Shown: positions 6,555 to 16,306, counted from the stretch's first letter. The stretch: DNA of 44,836 nt from Pseudobdellovibrionaceae bacterium (GCA_023701225.1 JAMPXM010000002.1:1-44836), one strand, 5' to 3'. The notes: generated from the sequence alone by a model not told the origin. Numbers and translations are program-made.

Positions 6555-7748
6555 TTGATGCTGAAATTAGCTTTGAAAAGGACCCCGCAAGCGATGAACG
6601 CTCCTAAAGAGTACCAGCGCATTCTCAATCTTGAGAGCTTGATTCAACGGAAGAGCTTTTTCCTTTTCGGGCCCCGTTCTACCGGGAAGTCCTTTTTATT
6701 GAAAAAGAAATTTCCCAGTTTTCGAAAGATCAATTTGCTAAACAACCGAGAATATACACGGTACGTGAAGGATCCCAGCCTTCTCTTCGATGAAATTCAG
6801 TCGAATGAAAAGCTCGTCATCATCGATGAAATTCAAAAAATCCCAGCTCTGCTCGATGAAGTCCATCGCGCGATCGAAGAATATGGCACGAAGTTCATCC
6901 TGACTGGCAGCAGCGCTCGTAAGTTAAAACATCAAGGAGTCAATCTCCTCGGAGGGCGTGCATGGACGGCAAATCTCTTTCCGCTCGTCTTCCCTGAAAT
7001 TGCAGATTTTAAACTCGAGCAATACTTAAATCGGGGTGGCATCCCAAGAATCTACAACTCATCTGACTATGAGGAGGAGCTGACTAACTACTGCTCCCTC
7101 TACGTGCGCGAAGAGATTGCCGCGGAGGCACTTGTACGCCAAATTGATTCATTCGCCCGTTTTTTAGATATCGCCGCCCTCACGAATGCTAAGGAGGTGA
7201 GTTACCAGAGTCTTTCAAGTGACTCGGGTGTGCCCCCTCGAACAGTGGCAAACTATATTGATGTCCTCAAAGACACTTTGATGGCATATGAAATCGCGCC
7301 ATTTCAATTGGCGAAAAAGCGAAAGGTCGTTAGCCGCTCAAAGCTTTACTTCTTTGATATCGGAGTCGTGAATTCTCTGACCCAAAAAGGACAACTGAAG
7401 CCCAAAAGCCCACTGTGGGGTGAAGCCTTTGAACATTTCATCATGAACGAGTTACGCGCCTATCTTTCATATCGCCGAGTGAATAAAGAGTTGACCTACT
7501 GGCGAACCGCATCAGGATTTGAAGTTGATGCGGTTGTCGGAAAAGACCTCGCGGTTGAGATAAAAGCCACGAATGAAGTTACGGACAAACATTTAAAGGG
7601 TATTCGGGCTCTTCGCGAAGAAGGTATGGTGCACGCGTACTATGTGGTTTCTTCCGACCCCCACAACCGCACAAAGGATGGAATCCACTGTGTCGAGTGG
7701 CGAAAGTTTCTTGATCTTCTCTGGCACGATAAACTTTTGAAAAATTGA
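6555..7748 (+). CDS. AAA-family ATPase with C-terminal DUF4143 (AAA_14/DUF4143 type)
   Basis: Walker A FLFGPRSTGKSFL and Walker B LVIIDEIQKIPALLDEVH, then LTGSSARKL ... LGGRA. The C-terminal half has the DUF4143-like YFFDIGVVN and WRTASGFEVDAVV. Confidence 0.85.
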   Translation: MMLKLALKRTPQAMNAPKEYQRILNLESLIQRKSFFLFGPRSTGKSFLLKKKFPSFRKINLLNNREYTRYVKDPSLLFDEIQSNEKLVIIDEIQKIPALLDEVHRAIEEYGTKFILTGSSARKLKHQGVNLLGGRAWTANLFPLVFPEIADFKLEQYLNRGGIPRIYNSSDYEEELTNYCSLYVREEIAAEALVRQIDSFARFLDIAALTNAKEVSYQSLSSDSGVPPRTVANYIDVLKDTLMAYEIAPFQLAKKRKVVSRSKLYFFDIGVVNSLTQKGQLKPKSPLWGEAFEHFIMNELRAYLSYRRVNKELTYWRTASGFEVDAVVGKDLAVEIKATNEVTDKHLKGIRALREEGMVHAYYVVSSDPHNRTKDGIHCVEWRKFLDLLWHDKLLKN

Positions 7749-7977
7749 CGTCCGCTGGCAATGCAATGAGATGATCCCTCGCTCCGCCTTCTCCGCCGAT
7801 AGGCCAGCCATGTCCAGTGCGCAGTACCGCAAATCGACCACTCCACGATAGAGTCAATGGCACCTGAAATTCTATATCCGTCCTCAATGTCTCAGATTGA
7901 GACGAAAAATGGTGCACAGACCCCGTTGAACCCATTTGCCAATATCAGTCAGCGGAGCTGTGGGGTAAAATGAAATC

Positions 7978-10209
7978 ATGCGTCGTCTCCCTAGGATAGC
8001 CGCTCTTTTGACGGTACTTTTCGCCGTACTCGTCGTCGCTTTTCAAAATTGCGGCTCGAACGTGAAGTTCGGCTTTGTCGGACTCGGTCAGCAGATCAAG
8101 GGCGAGATGAATGGCAATGGCGGAACCTACGAAGGTAAGCCAGAAATCGATGCCTATCATTTTCTCCCAGACTTCAGCTGCGAGAATCGACCGTATCCCT
8201 TTGGGCATTTGCAGATTCGCGGCGAAACAGCCGTGTACTTCCGAAGCGATCTTTTGCGCTGTGACTTCAGCCAAGAAACTCCAGTGCCTCAAGAGCTGGA
8301 TTACTCGCCCTTCCATTGGAACCTCGTCGGATATCGAGAGAAGATTTTCGAACGCAAAGAGGGAGTCGTCGACGCGATCCCCGACCGATTGGTCGAAGCG
8401 TGGTGCTTCGATGATGCTCAATCAAAAAATTTAGAAATCATTCAAGACTGGAAACGCTCTGACGGCACGGCTCAGGCCAAGCTGTACTGGCGCGACGCCG
8501 GCGTGACAACGGACCTGCCGTCATTTCAGGTCTCCCGCGTGCTCGATATGTCGTCGGTCCTCTATCGTGGCGAGAACTATCAATTGTTGATCGACAAGAA
8601 AGTTGCTTCTCCAATTCCGGGCCAAGTGACTGGACGCATCCAGGCCAACATCGGCGGAAGAGTTTTGGATCAAAGTGTCAGTTGCCGACTGGGAGGCTAC
8701 CTCGATGGCCGACACTGGCCAGCTCCCTTGCTGATGACCGGCAACATCACGCAGTTCACGGTCGACCGCGCTCGCTCTAAGGTGATCGCGCGTGTCACCG
8801 ATGCCGCGTCCAAAGCTTATGCGGTTGAAACGCCGTGGACTCAGCCACTCAATCCGCTGGTGCGAGCATTGACATCCTTGGCACCGCTCTTTGGCGGCGT
8901 CCTGGATTTCAAACTGACTTGGGATGATTCCGCGCTCCTCATGCGAATGGACGACACGGTTTCTGGCGCCTTCCGGTTAGCCAAGCACGATTTTGCGTCT
9001 CGACAAAATCAATTTCTCAGTGATCCTTTGGTAAACGAGACTCAACGGGTGCGGCCGGATTACGAGTCACTCCCGAGCGGCGTGATTCTTTACCGAGATG
9101 GTGCCCAAGATCCGACTTCTGATGCGGAAGGCTGGCTACGGTCGGTACCTCTGGCTGGCGGCACCCCCACTCAACTCAATCATCCACTGCCACTCGGTGG
9201 TGACTATGAAATTTGGAGCTATCTTGTTTCGCAGCCGACAGGAAAGATTGTGTACTCGGCAAGCTCCCCGGACCGGAACTTAGTTTTGGATGTGTATTCC
9301 GCGAACCTGGATGGCACTTCCCCAATTCGTCTTTTGGCCGCCGATACCACGACTGTCTACCAGAATCCCACCGATGAACTTTCACTTCTTGGAGCCAATC
9401 AGGAGTTTGTACTTTTTGACGTCACGGGCCTGACACAGTCATCGACCGGAGCACCGATCAGTACAAAGAGTTCCCGCGTGGCCTCACTCGACGGAACATT
9501 TCAGAAGACTCTCAATGTGCCACTTGCTGCGCGGTCCGCGATCTCGAGCCCGAACGGGAAAATCGCTTACGCCACCGAAGCCAGGACTCCTGGGCAGGGG
9601 TGGCTTCTGTCGACCGAGACGTGGCAAATGATTGCGGCGCCTTTGTTGAGACAGGGTGCACGATTCACGAGCGACGGAACCCGGATCATCGGTTTGACTG
9701 TAGGAAAAGGGGCACTCATCTCCATTGATGTGTCGACCGGCCAAGAGCGCTCACTCTGTACGTCTTCAAATGGGTCAATTGGCCTGATGAACATTGTAAA
9801 TGAGCAAGCGATATATTTACTGGAGCACTTGCCAGCTTCTGTCGCGATACGAATGTGGAACGGCACAGAGTGCCGCAAACTGAATGAGGTTCCTCTTGGG
9901 TCCGCGCCTAGATATACATTCGACCTGCTCATCGCGCCGGATGAACGAAGCGCGGCGGTCCGAGTTTCAATCGGTAAGACGGTCCTTTCCGATACTCCTG
10001 GTCTGGCGATTCAAATGCCGCAATTTGAACTGTTCTGGCTCCCACTCAATGGGCTGACGCCCATTCGCGTCACTTGGCCTCTCACGCCGAATGGAAATGT
10101 CGAGCGTGCTCAATTCTCCGCTGACTCATCTTCTCTCCTGTATTGGGGAGAACAAGCGGAAGCGGGCCAGCGAAACCTATTCCTCTGGCGCCTACCGCGC
10201 ATGCAATGA
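7978..10209 (+). CDS. large lipoprotein with C-terminal TolB/PD40-like beta-propeller repeats
   Basis: The signal ends in VVAFQNCG. The C-terminal half carries repeated PD40-like strings: SPDRNLVLDVYSANLDGTSPIRLL, SPNGKIAYATEA, FTSDGTRIIGL, IAPDERSAAVRV, FSADSSSLLYWGE. Confidence 0.6.
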   Translation: MRRLPRIAALLTVLFAVLVVAFQNCGSNVKFGFVGLGQQIKGEMNGNGGTYEGKPEIDAYHFLPDFSCENRPYPFGHLQIRGETAVYFRSDLLRCDFSQETPVPQELDYSPFHWNLVGYREKIFERKEGVVDAIPDRLVEAWCFDDAQSKNLEIIQDWKRSDGTAQAKLYWRDAGVTTDLPSFQVSRVLDMSSVLYRGENYQLLIDKKVASPIPGQVTGRIQANIGGRVLDQSVSCRLGGYLDGRHWPAPLLMTGNITQFTVDRARSKVIARVTDAASKAYAVETPWTQPLNPLVRALTSLAPLFGGVLDFKLTWDDSALLMRMDDTVSGAFRLAKHDFASRQNQFLSDPLVNETQRVRPDYESLPSGVILYRDGAQDPTSDAEGWLRSVPLAGGTPTQLNHPLPLGGDYEIWSYLVSQPTGKIVYSASSPDRNLVLDVYSANLDGTSPIRLLAADTTTVYQNPTDELSLLGANQEFVLFDVTGLTQSSTGAPISTKSSRVASLDGTFQKTLNVPLAARSAISSPNGKIAYATEARTPGQGWLLSTETWQMIAAPLLRQGARFTSDGTRIIGLTVGKGALISIDVSTGQERSLCTSSNGSIGLMNIVNEQAIYLLEHLPASVAIRMWNGTECRKLNEVPLGSAPRYTFDLLIAPDERSAAVRVSIGKTVLSDTPGLAIQMPQFELFWLPLNGLTPIRVTWPLTPNGNVERAQFSADSSSLLYWGEQAEAGQRNLFLWRLPRMQ

Positions 10210-10365
10210 TGGGTGAGTGAGATTCATGAGTTGGATGTGTGTGTCGCCCGAATCTCGGCACAACTCGGCTTGGGCAAGGTCCGCCCGCTTGATATCGCAC
10301 GAAACAAAAACTACATTCGCTGTGCGAGACTCAAGACCAGAATCGAACACCACTCAATCGTGATG

Positions 10366-10689
10366 CTAATTCACGGTCAAAGAGCCCTTCATCGTCGGAT
10401 GCAAAGTGCAGACGTACGTGAATGAGCCCTTCGTGTCCACGACTCGCTTCCACGAAGCTCCGGCCTTGATTTCGCCAGAATCGAATGCCTTGTTCTCAGA
10501 AGTCGCAGTATGAGGAAAAAAATCTTTATTGACCCAAACGATCGTATCACCACGCTTGACGGTCAACGTCGCCGGATCGAACTTCATCCCCTCGATGGTG
10601 ATCGTATGCGTGGCCGCGATCGCAAACTCGGCGCAGACAAGCAAGACGCTCACGATGACGAAGTGAGGCAATAAAGATTTTTTCCTCAT
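10366..10689 (-). CDS. cupredoxin (plastocyanin/amicyanin-like type-1 copper protein)
   Basis: Signal peptide, then FFPHT (His ligand) and YVCTLHPTM (the Cys-x2-His-x2-Met type-1 copper ligand set). Confidence 0.85.
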   Translation of the reverse strand: MRKKSLLPHFVIVSVLLVCAEFAIAATHTITIEGMKFDPATLTVKRGDTIVWVNKDFFPHTATSENKAFDSGEIKAGASWKRVVDTKGSFTYVCTLHPTMKGSLTVN

Positions 10690-10704
10690 TTCAGATCTCC
10701 TCAG

Positions 10705-11283
10705 TTACTTTGCAAGCTTGGACTGAATTCCTTTTGCATGATCCAAATGAGCTATGAAGGCCGGACGCACTTTCACCATGAGTGCTTTTAACTCCTCGTT
10801 TTTCGCGCTCGGAATGAGCGTTTTATCGAGCGCATCGAGCACCGCTTGGTGATACGTCACTTCGTTGTCGACGTATGCCTTATCAAACTCGGCACCTTTC
10901 AAGGCCTTCAGTTTTTTTAAATTCTCTCTTGCTCCATCCGTTAAGCTCTTGCTGACGTCATTGTCTTTTGGCGTCACACTTAACTTCTTCGCAAGATCCG
11001 TCGCTTGCTGGTTGACCCCGGCGTGGTCATTGACCATGAGCTTCGCGAATTCTTTTACCTCTTTTGAACTTGCCTTGGATTGAGCAAGCTTACCGGCATC
11101 GATATCGATCGTGTTGGCCGTGACCACGATATGCGCGATTTCAGAATCGGTCGGACCTTGTGGCGTCGTATTTTGCGCAGTCGTATTTTGCGCATAAGCC
11201 ACGCTGGCGGATCCAAAGACCAAGGCGGCCGAACAGACTAGGTTTCGTAAAAATTGGATCGAGACATCGTTCGCAGACTTCAT
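10705..11283 (-). CDS. DUF4142 domain protein (periplasmic, ferritin-like fold family)
   Basis: The ATG at 11283 gives a signal peptide ending ASVAYA. Two DUF4142-style half repeats are present: EIAHIVVTANTIDIDAGKLAQSK...FAKLMVNDH and FDKAYVDNEVTYHQAVLDAL...HLDHAKGI. Confidence 0.75.
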   Translation of the reverse strand: MKSANDVSIQFLRNLVCSAALVFGSASVAYAQNTTAQNTTPQGPTDSEIAHIVVTANTIDIDAGKLAQSKASSKEVKEFAKLMVNDHAGVNQQATDLAKKLSVTPKDNDVSKSLTDGARENLKKLKALKGAEFDKAYVDNEVTYHQAVLDALDKTLIPSAKNEELKALMVKVRPAFIAHLDHAKGIQSKLAK

Positions 11284-11424
11284 GCAGTACTCCTCTTGGT
11301 TGTTTTTCATAGATACGGGACACACAAAATTTCTTGGTCGCTTGGCTTCTCATTACCCATTCACGCGATCGTCATTCGATCCGCTACTGATCCATCGTAA
11401 ATTCTCATGTTTGAGTGGTATACC

Positions 11425-11442
11425 CTGTTTAAATTGTTTAAA
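11425..11442. promoter_or_regulatory. operator-like 18-mer ctgtttaaattgtttaaa (copy 1), embedded in ggtata...tatacc
   Basis: Identical to 13078-13095. It lies between the divergent DUF4142/cupredoxin operon start (11283) and the methyltransferase start (11495). Confidence 0.5.
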
Positions 11443-11494
11443 TTATACCAAGCGCGGGATTCAGGACTCGAGACGGGAACCGGAGAGAAATCAG

Positions 11495-12373
11495 ATGCAG
11501 ACGTGCCCCTTATGCTTCCAGCACACGGCGCTAGATCAGAGAAATTCTGCAACCGTTGCCTCCAACGTCAAAAGGTGGGCACTGGAGAGCTTTCACATCT
11601 GGCGGTGTGATCACTGCCAGAGCATTCATCTCTTAGAATCGCCGGATTTGGATAAATATTATTGCGATTATCCGTTTGCAAAGAGACGGCTCGATTTTTT
11701 TGCAAGGCGAATTTTCAGTTCCTATTTAAAAAACCTCAAACCCCACAAACTGCATCACGAGAGCCGAATCCTTGATTATGGATGTGGATCAGGAGTTTTC
11801 GTCGAATACCTGAGAGAACAAGGATATACCCATGTGTCGGGCTACGATCCCTTTTCTGAAAAATTCAATGACTCAAGCGTTCTGACTGAGAAGTATGATT
11901 TCATCTTCGCTCAAGATGTGATTGAGCACTCTCCGCAGCCGTTGAGTTTCATGAAGCAATTGACCGATCTGCTGAAAACCGATGGCATCTTAGTTTTAGG
12001 AACACCTCGTTCCGATAATATCGACTTTGCCAGCATCGAAGACAGTCATCACCAAATTCACGCTCCCTTTCATCTTCACATTTTCAGCGAGAAACAATTA
12101 GTGAAGGTCGCGGAGGCCGCCGCTCTCAAAGTGGAGCGCGTTCGCCCCTTTAACCCCACGAATACGTGGCTTCCTTTCCTTAACTGGAGCTTTCTCGAAA
12201 GCTATATGGCCACGAAAGGTAACTTCATCGATTCCGCGCTTGAAGCGCCGGACCTCAAGCAGATTTTCTTTTCACCGAGATTGCTTTTGAAAGGGCTCTT
12301 TGGCTTCTGGATCGGCCGCTCCCAACCAGACATGCTTCTCATTGCCAGAAAAGCAGACCGTCTCAGCAGGTGA
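11495..12373 (+). CDS. class I SAM-dependent methyltransferase with N-terminal zinc-ribbon
   Basis: MQTCPLCF ... WRCDHCQS (CxxC...CxxC). SAM motif I ILDYGCGSGVF, then DFIFAQDVIEHSPQPLSF and DGILVLGTP. Confidence 0.8.
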   Translation: MQTCPLCFQHTALDQRNSATVASNVKRWALESFHIWRCDHCQSIHLLESPDLDKYYCDYPFAKRRLDFFARRIFSSYLKNLKPHKLHHESRILDYGCGSGVFVEYLREQGYTHVSGYDPFSEKFNDSSVLTEKYDFIFAQDVIEHSPQPLSFMKQLTDLLKTDGILVLGTPRSDNIDFASIEDSHHQIHAPFHLHIFSEKQLVKVAEAAALKVERVRPFNPTNTWLPFLNWSFLESYMATKGNFIDSALEAPDLKQIFFSPRLLLKGLFGFWIGRSQPDMLLIARKADRLSR

Positions 12374-12443
12374 GTCCTTCGGGCCACATCATCCAGCTGA
12401 ATATCCGACGACACTCTTCCGAAGCCAAATTCGAAGAGCCACT

Positions 12444-13004
12444 TCATACGTCAGTTTTCCGCAGCTTCTGTCGCACACTCGGGTAAAGAACGAAGGACGC
12501 TCCGAATACAATGTGCGCCGCCCAATCCCAGAGAATGGGAACTTCGCGATTCCAGAAGTCGACTCCGTGAAGCGTGTTCATAATTGCGGGAATCAACAAA
12601 TAGGGACCGACCATCGAAATAATGCCAATCCCGATTCCCACCTTCAGTGACGCGCCAGCGGTCTGAATTGAATATTTCTGCGCAGCCAATCCAAAGAGCG
12701 CCCCCCACAGAAGCGAAGGTCCCGCTTGATGCAGAACTAGGCCAGCCAAAATCGCACCGATATGAAGTCCCTGAAGCGCGCCTTCTCCAAAAAGAGTCGA
12801 ACCAATGACCTGGACCGGATAGAGCGGATTTTTACCTAAGAACAACGCAAACACCCCCATCACGACCACAGCCATGATCAGACCCGCGATTTGACCAGTG
12901 ACCACCCCGGATAAAATCGGTCTTACGTTTGCTTCCGAGGATGCCAAGGTCCGCGACTGAGTTGTTGAATTTGTTGCCGTCGCCGTTGCCGATGTCGATT
13001 CCAT
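12444..13004 (-). CDS. integral membrane protein (about 4 TM helices), unknown function
   Basis: Hydrophobic, Gly-rich segments: IAGLIMAVVVMGVFALFLG, IGAILAGLVLHQAGPSLLWGALFGLAA, GIGIGIISMVGPYLLIPAI, WAAHIVFGASFVLY. Divergent from the regulator gene. Confidence 0.65.
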   Translation of the reverse strand: MESTSATATATNSTTQSRTLASSEANVRPILSGVVTGQIAGLIMAVVVMGVFALFLGKNPLYPVQVIGSTLFGEGALQGLHIGAILAGLVLHQAGPSLLWGALFGLAAQKYSIQTAGASLKVGIGIGIISMVGPYLLIPAIMNTLHGVDFWNREVPILWDWAAHIVFGASFVLYPSVRQKLRKTDV

Positions 13005-13077
13005 TTTCGCCTCCTATTGAGAATTAAGTCCCTGCCTCTTGTTCTCATCGTAGGTATCGCTATTTAAATGGTAAATA

Positions 13078-13095
13078 CTGTTTAAATTGTTTAAA
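13078..13095. promoter_or_regulatory. operator-like 18-mer ctgtttaaattgtttaaa (copy 2), preceded by related tatttaaat and ggtaaatac half-sites
   Basis: Identical to 11425-11442. It lies 21 nt upstream of the regulator ATG (13116) and within the divergent promoter region of the membrane-protein gene. Confidence 0.5.
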
Positions 13096-13115
13096 CTGAC
13101 CTGACGGAGGGTTGC

Positions 13116-13754
13116 ATGCGCGGCCTGCACGAAAATCAGAGAAAGATCTTGGATTATCTCTTAGACCATCCGGAAGGCGCGACGCTCGATGAGCTCGCCT
13201 CTCACCTTGGGATTACGAAAACCGCCGCTAAAGAACACCTCATCAAAGTTGAAAACCTCGGCTATTTGAAGTTCGTGGATTCTAAAGGCGGAGTGGGACG
13301 CCCAAGAAGGCGTTACCTGCTTTCGCAGGATGCCCACGATGCCTTTCCAAAACAGTACTCTTGGCTTTCGAATGTTCTTCTGGAGCTTCTTGCAGACGAT
13401 TTAGGGCAAGACCGCGTCGCGCGAATCATGAAAGACCTCGCCGACAAAGTGGCCGGGTCCATGGCAGACAAATTCAAAGGCGCGAAGTCCCACGTTGAGC
13501 TACTCTCGCAAGTCACAAAGACATTGAATGACCTCGGGTATCGCGCCTCGCTGAAACAGAGTGACTTACGAAAAGGCGCCGTGATCGAAGCGACGAACTG
13601 TGTCTATCACACGGTCGCCAAAGAACATCCCGAGCTCTGCGGCTTCGACATTCGGTTTATCGAAAACGCGTCGGGCATGGACGTCAAGTTAGAGACGTGT
13701 ATCGCTCGCGGAGGCTCCGTCTGCCGATTTTGCCTCAAGAAAAAAGGATCTTAG
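13116..13754 (+). CDS. ArsR-type winged-helix regulator with Cys-rich C-terminal sensor-like domain
   Basis: N-terminal wHTH (RKILDYLLDHPEGATLDELASHLGITKTAAKEHLIKVENLGYL...GRPRRRYLLS). C-terminal NCVYHTVAKEHPELCGFDIRF...CIARGGSVCRFC, a pattern I recall from ArsR-like regulators with a Cys-bearing C-terminal domain. Confidence 0.7.
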   Translation: MRGLHENQRKILDYLLDHPEGATLDELASHLGITKTAAKEHLIKVENLGYLKFVDSKGGVGRPRRRYLLSQDAHDAFPKQYSWLSNVLLELLADDLGQDRVARIMKDLADKVAGSMADKFKGAKSHVELLSQVTKTLNDLGYRASLKQSDLRKGAVIEATNCVYHTVAKEHPELCGFDIRFIENASGMDVKLETCIARGGSVCRFCLKKKGS

Positions 13755-13773
13755 CGGGACGCAAAGGCCCGCC

Positions 13774-15222
13774 TCAATCCGCTCTCTCCTTTTGACCCGA
13801 GCCGATTGGACTCTCACCTTTGAGGTTGAATCTGGACTGAGTGTACAATTCCCGTCGGCAGTCCACGTCCCCACAACACTTGGTCAAAAACTGACCTCGG
13901 TAGGCTTCCGCACCGATGTTCCTCAGTTGCGCGGCAACCGTTGCGAAGAGCTCCGACTCGGCTCGGCCGCTGGCCGTGATCAAGTGGTCGAATTTGGCAC
14001 TCGCGCGTTCAAGTTGCTCCTGGTTTTCCGCAAGCTCTTTTCCGCTCAGCTTTGACTTCGCTTTGGAATCGATGCTTTCGAACTTTCGCACTTCGTCTTG
14101 TGCGTTTTTTATTTCCAATCGAGTTTCGTCTAGAACAGCACTTTGCTGATCCAGTTTTTTGACGATCGCTTCCGAAGAGAGCTTGCGTGCAAACGCGCTC
14201 CTATCTGTCACCACTTTTGTCTTCAAACATTGACGGTCCACGCACTGGTGAATCTCAATGGGCTGCTCAGAGACCCAATATTTTACAGAACGGCACGTCG
14301 ACTCAACACAATCGACGCGCGATGGAAGCACTTCCTTTGGTCGTCCACCGCGCTCTTTGCAGGATTGAATGCCGATCGTTTCGATTTTCCCCAGTGACTT
14401 TTCCCGACACTGAGCCGGCCCTGCCGCTTCCATAAGAGATTTCAATTTCAGTTTGTACATCGAGTTATCCCGTGTCTTCAACAACACCGCATTTTGATCT
14501 TGTTGAAAAATCACGGAGAACTTGAGGCGATCGTCAGGTGATTCGTACCGAATGTCCTTGCAATCCACTGTCTGAAAACCTTTTGTCCCGGCCTCTGGCC
14601 ATCGAAACGCATGAGCCATGGGATCCAATGACTGAGCCTGTTTCTGAGTCTCAGAATCGCGCCACAAGACGGATTCCAGCATGACCTGCTGATGCAACGT
14701 CGCGAGCGAATCATCTTTGGCACCTTTGGTATCCGAGGCGGCATCGGCCATCGGGACCATGAGGTTCCAAAGCGGAGCGCGGACCGCGTGTTCCGGACGA
14801 CTAAAAAACCGCACGACTTCCTTGCGGAACTCCTCCATCTTACGGCTCTTCGGGAGGAATGTTCCCTTGTGGCCATAGAAGACAAGACCCGTCTTGCCAT
14901 CTTCCACGACCATGCGCCAACAAAGGAGAGTGAGACTGGGCACGCTACGAATCGTACAAACGTCGGTTCCCGCAGCGAAGACAGAAAAGTCAGACCGCTT
15001 CTGCAGTTCCTCCGATACTCGCTGGAACTCCGCTTGCCGCTCCCGCTGTTCCATGGAACTCGTACTGGAACTCGATTTGGCGCCCGCATTCGGCAAATTT
15101 CCACTCGACAGCGCTTCGACGAATTCATGGGCGGAGGAAACATCGACGAGGTTGATCGCCGCCGCTGCCTGAGTCGGGCTCATCCACACGATCGCGATGA
15201 TCACCAGGATTCGCATGAGCAC
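13774..15222 (-). CDS. secreted Cys-rich protein with C-terminal coiled coil, unknown function
   Basis: Signal peptide MLMRILVIIAIVWMSPTQAAAA. Many Cys in the central region, and a heptad-like K/E-rich stretch near the C-terminus. No family recognised. Confidence 0.55.
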   Translation of the reverse strand: MLMRILVIIAIVWMSPTQAAAAINLVDVSSAHEFVEALSSGNLPNAGAKSSSSTSSMEQRERQAEFQRVSEELQKRSDFSVFAAGTDVCTIRSVPSLTLLCWRMVVEDGKTGLVFYGHKGTFLPKSRKMEEFRKEVVRFFSRPEHAVRAPLWNLMVPMADAASDTKGAKDDSLATLHQQVMLESVLWRDSETQKQAQSLDPMAHAFRWPEAGTKGFQTVDCKDIRYESPDDRLKFSVIFQQDQNAVLLKTRDNSMYKLKLKSLMEAAGPAQCREKSLGKIETIGIQSCKERGGRPKEVLPSRVDCVESTCRSVKYWVSEQPIEIHQCVDRQCLKTKVVTDRSAFARKLSSEAIVKKLDQQSAVLDETRLEIKNAQDEVRKFESIDSKAKSKLSGKELAENQEQLERASAKFDHLITASGRAESELFATVAAQLRNIGAEAYRGQFLTKCCGDVDCRRELYTQSRFNLKGESPIGSGQKERAD

Positions 15223-15419
15223 AAGACCTCCGTACGTGAATTGAGAGAGCTGGATCGATTACCTTCAAAAAGCCAAGCGAGTTGCCGTTATTTCAATTCT
15301 AAATCACTCCAGTTGACCCGCTCAATACGCGCCACCCACGCCTCCATTTTCTGGATCTTGGACTAGCCTCGCCCGAAGCGAGGAGCTTGATGAACGATAG
15401 CTGAGGCCCTGCCCTCAGA

Positions 15420-16103
15420 TCAATTCAGAGCTAATCCGAACCGCTCAAGCTGGACGTCGAGGCTCAAGCCGTTCCAACGAAGTGACCAGCCGACGGCAAA
15501 GGCTCGGCCTAGGAGATTCTCATGCGGGAGAAAACCCCATTCACGACTATCCGCACTGTTGTCGCGGTTATCGCCCATCACGAAATACATTCCGTCCGGC
15601 ACGACGAACTCCGCATAGTGCGGACGTACGAGCTCGGGCATGCGTTGAACTGCGACGGACTTCGTTCCATTGTGAGTTTCGTGATAATAAACCCGGTCAG
15701 AATTCGCCGAACTCGCAATGGCGTTCTGAACTTCGCTCTCATTTGCAAGCGGCACACCGTTGATCTCAATAAAACCATTGTCGATTGACACCCGATCACC
15801 AGGAAGCGCGATCAAGCGCTTGACCATCGTCGCTCGGTCTTCCCGCGGCGACTCAAACACGACAATGTCTCCGCGCACCGGTGACTCTGCCTGGGCAAGG
15901 ACCCAATCCGTGAACGGGAGCCGCATCTGATAAGCCATTTTGTTGACCAGAATGCGATCTCCCACCTGAATTGTCGGCTCCATCGATCCCGACGGCACGA
16001 CATACTGATCCGCCAAGCTCCAACGGAAGCTAAACAAAATAAGAAGAAATAATCCGAAGGCAAAATTCGATCGAATGAATTTCATGACTCGAGTGTGCTG
16101 CAC
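15420..16103 (-). CDS. lepB: signal peptidase I
   Basis: S26 motifs: PSGSMEPTIQVGDRILVNK (Ser), VKRLIALPGDRV (Lys), YFVMGDNRDNSADSREWGFL. Confidence 0.93.
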   Translation of the reverse strand: MQHTRVMKFIRSNFAFGLFLLILFSFRWSLADQYVVPSGSMEPTIQVGDRILVNKMAYQMRLPFTDWVLAQAESPVRGDIVVFESPREDRATMVKRLIALPGDRVSIDNGFIEINGVPLANESEVQNAIASSANSDRVYYHETHNGTKSVAVQRMPELVRPHYAEFVVPDGMYFVMGDNRDNSADSREWGFLPHENLLGRAFAVGWSLRWNGLSLDVQLERFGLALN

Positions 16104-16306
16104 GTGGGGCCCTCCGAAGTTTCAATTCATCATAGCCGCAAGGTTGAAGACGATCCAGACGCGTCGCCCCGATACGCTGATCTGATACTCTGAATTGACG
16201 CGCCATAGGAGTCACTCGAAGTCGAGTTCAGAGGCGCATCCGTTGACTGCGGGCGGCCCTTCGAATGCAATGATTCCAAGGGCGTCGAAGGCAAGCGCCA
16301 TCGCTC

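Noticed and set aside
7945-8421. 158-aa minus-strand ORF overlapping the 5-prime end of the 743-aa lipoprotein gene
   Set aside because: The plus-strand frame has a proper signal and lipobox and continues for 743 codons, while the antisense frame has no recognisable features.
10320-10350. tRNA-like T-arm string (gaatcgaac, reverse complement gttcgattc) between convergent genes
   Set aside because: The flanking bases do not pair to form a 5-bp T stem, and no acceptor or anticodon arms could be drawn on either strand.
14511-15366. Long alternative ORFs (210 aa on the minus strand, 224 aa on the plus strand) inside or opposite the 482-aa secreted-protein gene. Similar cases are at 16130-16633, 18539-19223, 19741-20241, 27108-27674, 32680-33243, 36181-36693, 39026-39754, 40386-41543 and 43813-44637.
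   Set aside because: All have R/P/S/G-biased compositions typical of off-frame translation in GC-rich DNA. All overlap frames with clear family motifs or signal peptides.
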